A stretch of 64,000 nt of DNA from Eledone cirrhosa (Eukaryota). Made by a program: the position numbers and the translations under genes. Shown here piece by piece: positions 56,971 through 64,000 of this stretch; position 1 is the first letter of the stretch, and each line of letters begins with the position of its first letter. The stretch spans positions 186,001-250,000 of the forward strand of contig OZ024747.1 of the NCBI GenBank assembly GCA_964016885.1, in the 5' to 3' direction. The notes under the pieces were generated by a model. It worked only from the letters and a program-made list of their open reading frames with translations, had not been told where the DNA came from and made no database searches.

Positions 56971-58353
56971 GGTGAAAAATGTTTCTGCTCTGGTGCTACA
57001 ATACTGATGAAATAGTTTACCAAAAACCAGCAAAACTCTTGAAGAATCTCTTTTTATTTTGATCAATTGCATGTGTGTGCATGCACACACACATCAAAGA
57101 ATAACAATATAAGAGTCTTAGTTTTACAATGACAATCGTTACCATCATCATCATCATCAACATTGATTACTTCCTGACACAATAACGTTTGGGTGGTCTG
57201 TTAACATAAATAGAATAATTTTTCAGCTTTTTTTCTTTCACTCCCAATACTATGTAAGATATTGAACACTTTATATAATTAAAAGAAATAATAAAAATGT
57301 AATATCTATTATATAGCTGTATTTAAAAAAAATATAAACATTGTAAATATTGAGGTTGGCTTTATATTTAATTAGGGTGCTGGCATGGTTGTGTGCCCTG
57401 TACACAATAATTTTCATTATTGTTATTAAATTTATTTCACAATCATATGGTTCCAGGTTTGATACAATGGATGGAAGCTTGGGTGAATACTTTCTGCCAT
57501 GGTCTTAGGTTAATCAATTCCCTAAAAGTGGAATTTGGCTGATAGAAACTATCTAGAAGCTAGACATATGTGTACCTGTGTTTAGTATATATAAAAGAGT
57601 ACAATATGAGAAAATGTGTTGACAAAAAGTAATAGAAATAGTTTAAACAGTGGGATACACATTAAATTCTGTGTTAGTTTATACTCCCTCTAGGTGCAAG
57701 TAGATAAAAATGAATGAAACAAAACCAACTACCAGTAATAAGCTGGAGTCCTGCTAACTTACAAGAAAACAATATACTGTATATAGTCATGTATAAATTA
57801 CACTCTTTTCCATGAAAAACAAAACAAAACATACAACTAATAGGAGTTGATTGACAAGATCTCAGACGTCATTCACTTACCAAGTGGGGTGGAGCTCGTC
57901 AGATTGGACCAAAGAAACACTGTTTCCATTGCTCATACTATCTACCAGTTGCAACTCCTGGCAGAAGGCGCAATGTGAAATAAAGTGTCTTGCTCAAGGA
58001 TACAATGCACCACCTGGTCTGAGAATCGAACTCACAACCTCATGATTGCAAATAGAATTCTCCAACCACTAAGCCACTAGAAAATGTTATATGTAAAATA
58101 GGAATGTGACTTATATACAAGTATATATTCCTAATAACAGCTTAAAATGTCCACAAAATTCTAATATAAATTAATGAAAGTAACGATTTTTGTCTCTTTC
58201 TGTACCTTTCTCTCTTCCTTTCAGTCTTTTGTTCATTCTTTCACTTGTATCATTCGAACTGATTCTATTATTTTTTTTTTTATTTGTATGATATTTTCTT
58301 TATTTCTTTTCTTTTATTCACTTTCCCTTCAGCAGATGAACAACATCAAAACC

Positions 58354-58885
58354 CTAAACCTTATCAAACACTTCAGCAATGGATAAGGCCAATTTACGTA
58401 GACTAACGTCACCAATGTTACAGATGGCAGTCACAACTATTCCTTTTGGGGGGTTTGGCACTGGCTGCATTGACTCTCGAGGTAAAATACACAAAATACT
58501 GCTGGCACCGATAGAATTCCCAGTGTGGAGAGCATAGAAACGGTTCTTCAAACAATAAGCATATTCCTGCTTGAGAGGAATGAGCTCCCAACCAAGACCA
58601 TAGCAAGTGTCTGTAGCCTCAGAATGTCTTGCACCTTCAACTGGTTTCCACAAATCCAACATAGTTTTACGTTTAAGATAACCTTTTAGTCTGATATTGT
58701 TGTTGTCTTTGCTTTGTGAACTCAGTCTGTCTGCCAGATCGTCCAACTGGAAGCTGTACAGCATGGAGTTTCCAAATTTTAACAAGTCCTCAGCAGTTGA
58801 AAGGAATCCACCACCGGCCCACTTGTAAGAATTGTCAATGTAAGGAGCATTAACCATTTGTCCATTCTTTGAAACACTGTAGAAC
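58354..58885 (-). CDS. LACTB: LACTB (serine beta-lactamase-like mitochondrial protein) last exon
   Basis: tccAG acceptor; VNAPYIDNSYKWAGGGFLSTAEDLLKFGN, HTG motif, ...ALSIAEVFDKV*. Confidence 0.95.
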
Positions 58886-60952
58886 CTGGAAATAATAAAT
58901 AGATAAATAAAAGTAAACAGTGGACTTAACATAATCAATATAGGTAGAAAGATAGGGAATAGCGTATGGTAGTTGTGAGATGTGTTAGGGTGACATAAAC
59001 ATACAAACTTGAGGTTATTTCAATACAGTATGCAGTGTTTACTTAGTATACCAAGTACATTAGACCCCAGACAAGAAGTTAGATATAAATATAGAAAGAC
59101 ATATTTAGGTAGATATAATTATAAAAGGCAGCAAATTGACACGTCAGAATGCTTTGTGGCGTTCGTTCCTGCTTTTTTCTCTCTCAGTTCAAATTCCACC
59201 AAGGTCAACTTTGCCTTTCATCCATTCCAAGTCGATAAAGTACCAGACTAGTACCGGGGTCGATTCTTCCTCTATATCATTCGCACTTCCATTCTCTCAC
59301 TCTCTATATTTCTCTGGAGAAATCTGTGTCCAGACCTGGAGAGGAGATGGGCTCTGCCAAGTTTAAAAGAGAATGCCATATGTCAATACAGTGCTCCAAC
59401 TACTTCGTCATGAGTTATGGGACCATATATGAATGCATATTCATAAAAAATAGGTATACTGGTTGAAAAAGAATGACAAAGAAATATATAGATAGGCAAA
59501 TTGGTTGTCTGTGCTTTTGAGTTCAAATTCTACCAAGGTCAACTGTCTTCATTCTTTCAAAGTCAATGAAATAAAGCAACAGAAGAGATGCTTTATGGTC
59601 TCTGTTCCAGCTGTGCATTCTCAGTGTTCATATTCTGCCTGAGAACTCTAACACCACTTATGGCCATCTGCAGTTGAACAATGATAATGATAGATAGATT
59701 GATAGGGAGAGACAGAACATCCATAGTTTACTCATTGTAACTAGAGTGAATGACTTTACGAAAGTGGGTCCAGTGTGACATTACTAGAGATGAATAGTAA
59801 CACTGACAGGAGTGTCTCCCAATACACCTTCACAAGATGCTGACTACTGTTGCCTGCAAGCAGCAGTAGTACTGTGAAATTGGTGAGTGTTTTGTTATCT
59901 TTTAGTATTTGACTAGTACTTATTTTAGTAAGCTTAAAGGATGAAAGGTAAAATTGAAGCCAGAATGTAAAGAACCAACTAAATACTGTTGGCTGTTCTA
60001 ACAATTGTGCCATACAGATGAAGGGCAGCAGCTATGATCTTTTGGTGTTGGTGAGGGGTAGGGAGGAAGATGTTATTATCTATAGCTTGTTGCAACAGAA
60101 AGCAGCACATCTATCTTCAGATCAGACACCTTGGCTGAATCTTTGCAACAAAGAGGACTTTGTTAAAGGCTCCCAAGGGCCATGCTGTGGTGTTAAATCA
60201 ATCAACAGATGAGGCCTTCTACCCAGTTTATCTCTCATGTTGGACAAGCCAACAGAAGAGCCCCTACATGGTTTCTCAAACTGCTAAATCTTTAAACCAC
60301 ACCTTAGGAAAGGACATGCTAGATAATGTGGACCTGGGTTCCCTGCACATAGGAAAAACCTGAGATGGTGAAGAGTCATCAGTCAGCTTGGTCAAGGCTG
60401 ACTAGGGTATATATAACAAAAACAATTTCCACGAACTAACCCACTGAGAGAGTATATGGTCATTCAGCCTGTAGGAAACAGCAGCTAAATTTTCCTCAAA
60501 TTATACTTTACCATCTAAAAAAAGGAAGGAAGGACAAATTGTTAGATATCCCAAAAAAGTGTGATGATCAGAGCTGGAACACCTTGTAATCAGGACTGAC
60601 TAGGGGTTAAACTTTCACTGCTAGTGTGATGCCTATTTATACACTAGTATCCACTTTCAGGACTTGTCTACAAGGCCAGATTTGCATGTGCTGAGGCCTT
60701 AAGCTATATGAAATTTGGGGTCCTCAAAGAAAATGTGGGCAATAAAATATATGGTTATTTTTTAAGTTTTAATAAATAAATGTATATATATATAATTTTT
60801 ATGGTTTAGTGTTAAAAACTAAAAACTAATTAGAAATATATTTTTTAAAAATGAAGCCCTCAAGAGAGTGTGGCTGTAAGCTATAGCTTAGAGGTCAGTT
60901 CAGCACTGCTTGTCTACAAGGAATGACACCATAAGCGAAAGTTTCTCCTTAC

Positions 60953-61118
60953 CTTGATCTATTATAAATAATGGGTTTATTCCGGTCCAAGTAGGTATTG
61001 CGAAGCCCTAGCTCTTTGAATACTGAAGGCATCATTTTTGCAAAAGGTATATTTGAAGATTTCTCCAATACAGCACTTACTAATGTCCAGCCATGTGTTG
61101 TATACAAAAACTTACTGC
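60953..61118 (-). CDS. LACTB: LACTB exon (GSKFLYTTHGWTLVSAVLE...PIIYNRSR)
   Basis: ccAG / GTaagg, phase 1/2; matches GSQFLYSTFGYTLL..YNRAR. Confidence 0.93.
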
Positions 61119-62262
61119 CTGGATGAGAGAGAAGATAATAGCAACAAGTACAACAACAATTATTTCTAAGCACAAGGCCAGCAATTTTGGTGAGAGGGAA
61201 ATTAAATTATATTAACCCCAGTATTTAAGTGGCACTTTATTTTACTTAATCTCAGAAGGTTGAAAGGTAAAGTTGAACTTAATAAACCTGAACAAATGCT
61301 GCTAAGCATTTGTTTGATGCTCTAACAACTGACTATCCACCACCCTAATAGAGTTTCTGATTTAGGCACAAGGTCAATGAGGTAGAGTCGTTTAAATCAA
61401 CTTCAGTGCATTACTGGTACTTTATTTTATTGACCCCGTAAGAACAAAAAGGGTTGTAACTCTATGCCGAGAGGCATGCTGTCTGACGCTCTACTGATTA
61501 CTGCCAATCCACCAAGAGCACAAGGCTGTATATAGTCAATTTAATTGACTCCAGTATTTTTATGATACTTCCTTTTCTTGAATAGGCACTGAAAAGATTT
61601 TCTGGGTGGTAAAAAGCTTTGCGAACCCACTTCCTCCACCCCACAAAAAAAATGGATTGTGAAAGATTCTGTGAATTGTGAACAAAACATAGATTGTATT
61701 TTTGTGAATAAACAAATTGTGAAAAATTTCCTGAAATGTGAAGATTTTATAGATAATGGATTGTGAGAAGTTTTATGAATTCTGAATACAAAAAAAAAAA
61801 TCATGGATTGTGAAAAGCTTTGTGAATTGTGAACAAACTAAAGACTGAAAGGTCCACTGATGAAACTGAATTGAAAGACATTTTCTAAACAATCAATGGC
61901 AAATTATTTAACCCTTTTGTTAGTATAACCAAGAATTTGGTGGAATTTTGTTTATTTTCCTGACATTTGTACATTATTCTATGTACTATACATGCACCTT
62001 TGATGAGTTGTAGTGCACCTGAGCACTGTACACAATAATTTCATTATCATTATCATATCATTATCATTATCATCATTTCATTATCATTATCATCATTATC
62101 ATTTAGTTATATAACCATCTTTCTCATTATGAAGCTGCTGTTTGGAATATAACTTAAAAGTTCTTAAATAAAATTATGATGGAATGTTTTGGGATAAATA
62201 TAAACACTTTAAAACAAACAGTTGTTCCATAGAAGAGTTTGTTATAAAAAGGATTAATTCAC

Positions 62263-62476
62263 CTGGTTTGTGAACAAGAGGGTCATCTTTGAAAAGCGTT
62301 AACGCTTCATCAACATTTTTGAAAGACCGTAGCAAATACATTTCTTCCATTTTGTAGTCATTATTATTGGAATGTCCAGATGTTTTGGCAAGGTCCTTGC
62401 TGTTATTAGTAGTAGTGGTAGTGTTGTTGATGGTTGTGGCAGTGTTGGTGGTCTTATTGCTACTCTTTGAATCATC
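62263..62476 (-). CDS. LACTB: LACTB exon (DDSKSSNKTT...EEMYLLRSFKNVDEALTLFKDDPLVHKP); upstream exons not found in this window
   Basis: ttttAG / GTgaat, phase 0/1; matches LFKNDPLFFKPG. Confidence 0.88.
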
Positions 62477-62999
62477 CTAAAAAAGAAAAAAAATTAAGTA
62501 AATATAATAAATGAAAAATATGTAAAAAATAAATAAACCAATTTATGATTGTCTATATTTCTAATATGACTTATTGCTATGACAACCTTTACATATTTTC
62601 CACCCCTCATCTTTCTTGCACAGTTTCCATTGGTTCAGTCTCTGTCTTCAAGTATTATCATCTCAGTATAAACACACACACACATACATGTGTATAAATA
62701 CATGTACATTGTTGATGTTTTAATAATAGGGTCACAGTCCTATCATGAAAGGCAACAAGAAATTAATTATCTTGCTCAAGAACACATTGTGTCAATCCCT
62801 TTCTTCCATTGTTTGATAGTCCTTGCTCTTTTCCTCTCATTTATGGTATTTATAGTCATTTCTACTGCTACTATGTTTGACCAAATATTAATATCCAAGA
62901 ATTGAATCCAACACTTTATAATCATATGTCCAACACCCTAATCACCAGGCCACACACACACCATTATTTTTACACCTGTATTTCCATGCTTACATTTGT

Positions 63000-63160
63000 C
63001 AGACAAGACTTTCCAGGTTTGCATGAGTCAGACCAGTCCTCCCCAGTACAGCATGGGTTAGACCAGTCCTCCCCAGTGTAGCATGAGTCAGACCAGTCCT
63101 CCCCAGTGTAGCATGAGTCAGACCAGTACAGCATGGGTCAGACAAGACTTTCCAGATGTA
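63000..63160. repeat. ~30-bp tandem repeat GTCAGACCAGTCCTCCCCAGTGTAGCATGA
   Basis: Three to four copies, bracketed by CAGACAAGACTTTCCAG. Confidence 0.85.
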
Positions 63161-63593
63161 GATCTATGGCTACACAAGACATACAGATACTAAGGAAAAA
63201 GGAGAGATACATAGATACACATACAGATACTAGAGAACGAGGAGAGATATATATACACACGTACAGATACTAAAGGAGATATATATATATATATACACAC
63301 GTACACAAATCAAATACATACATCCTAGTAGATGGGTCTGTCCTTTAGACATTTATATATTTATATTTTATTTGTTGTTTACTAATTAAATATGGCTTCT
63401 GGGGAAACTGGAAATAAGTTAGCCCCAAAGAAAAAAAATAACAGAGTTTTAAAATGAAAAGAAAATAGAATGAAAATAAATAGAATTGAACAAGAAGACA
63501 AAATCTTTCTTCAGGTCAATAAATAGTGGGTTTATAAGGGACTGAAACATTTACATGTAGATGCCTTACTATTTCAAAGCTTGTCAAATGGTA

Positions 63594-63828
63594 TGTACCT
63601 GTAATCTAAAGGGCCAGCTTTATCATACACTGTCACGCTGAATCTCCCTGACAATTATGTTAAGGTTTTATGTGTGTGTGTGGAATGCTCAGCCACTTAC
63701 ACCATAATACAAATAGGCTGTACCTGTAATCCAAAGGGTCAGTCTAGTCACACACTGTGTCATGCTGAATCTCCCTGAGAATTACATTAAGGGTATATGT
63801 GTCTGTGGAATATTCAGCAACTTACATA
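63594..63828. repeat. Two diverged tandem ~120-bp copies of an unclassified repeat
   Basis: TGTACCTGTAATCYAAAGGG...GCTGAATCTCCCTGA...GTGGAAT..TCAGC.ACTTACA occurs twice. Confidence 0.75.
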
Positions 63829-64000
63829 TCACAACCTATGTGTAACTTTTAATGGGTGTATATCTATTATTGAACACGTATCTATTCTAAAAACCTGGGC
63901 ACATAAATTTACAAAGAAAAACAGTAATTTTAATGGTGACATTTTAATGAATCCAGTCTCCTCACCTTAGAATTATCACTATTAGTTTTATCATTCTTCT

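Noticed and set aside
58354-62476. Horizontally acquired bacterial beta-lactamase
   Set aside because: It contains introns and matches metazoan LACTB motifs; this is an ordinary vertically inherited gene.

Overview
Eukaryotic, AT- and repeat-rich genomic DNA, most likely a coleoid cephalopod such as Octopus (inferred from repeat and SINE style, not proven). I reconstructed three spliced housekeeping genes by hand, all with GT-AG introns and consistent phases: the last six coding exons of NUP155 (+, 5856-26756), a complete five-exon MESD (+, 46205-56970) and three 3' exons of LACTB (-, 62476-58354), convergent with MESD. Most of the ORF track is artefactual, coming from a 5.5 kb 30-bp minisatellite and (TA)n/(TATG)n arrays. 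Introns and the intergenic region hold decayed LINEs (Tx1/L1, R4/Dong, several RTE, CR1-like), a Penelope-like GIY-YIG element, a mariner remnant and SINEs. The most notable signals are: (1) at least seven unrelated foldback insertions in or beside (TA)n tracts, two carrying candidate minimal type I hammerhead ribozymes with a TATATA palindromic stem III; (2) MESD's ER-retention signal KTEL encoded alone on a terminal exon, with an in-frame KTEL-less stop if the last intron is retained; (3) layered retroelement nests with readable TSDs; (4) an RTE element with tandem ~430-bp 5' monomers and a PHD-like finger. No database searches were run; family calls rest on recalled motifs.
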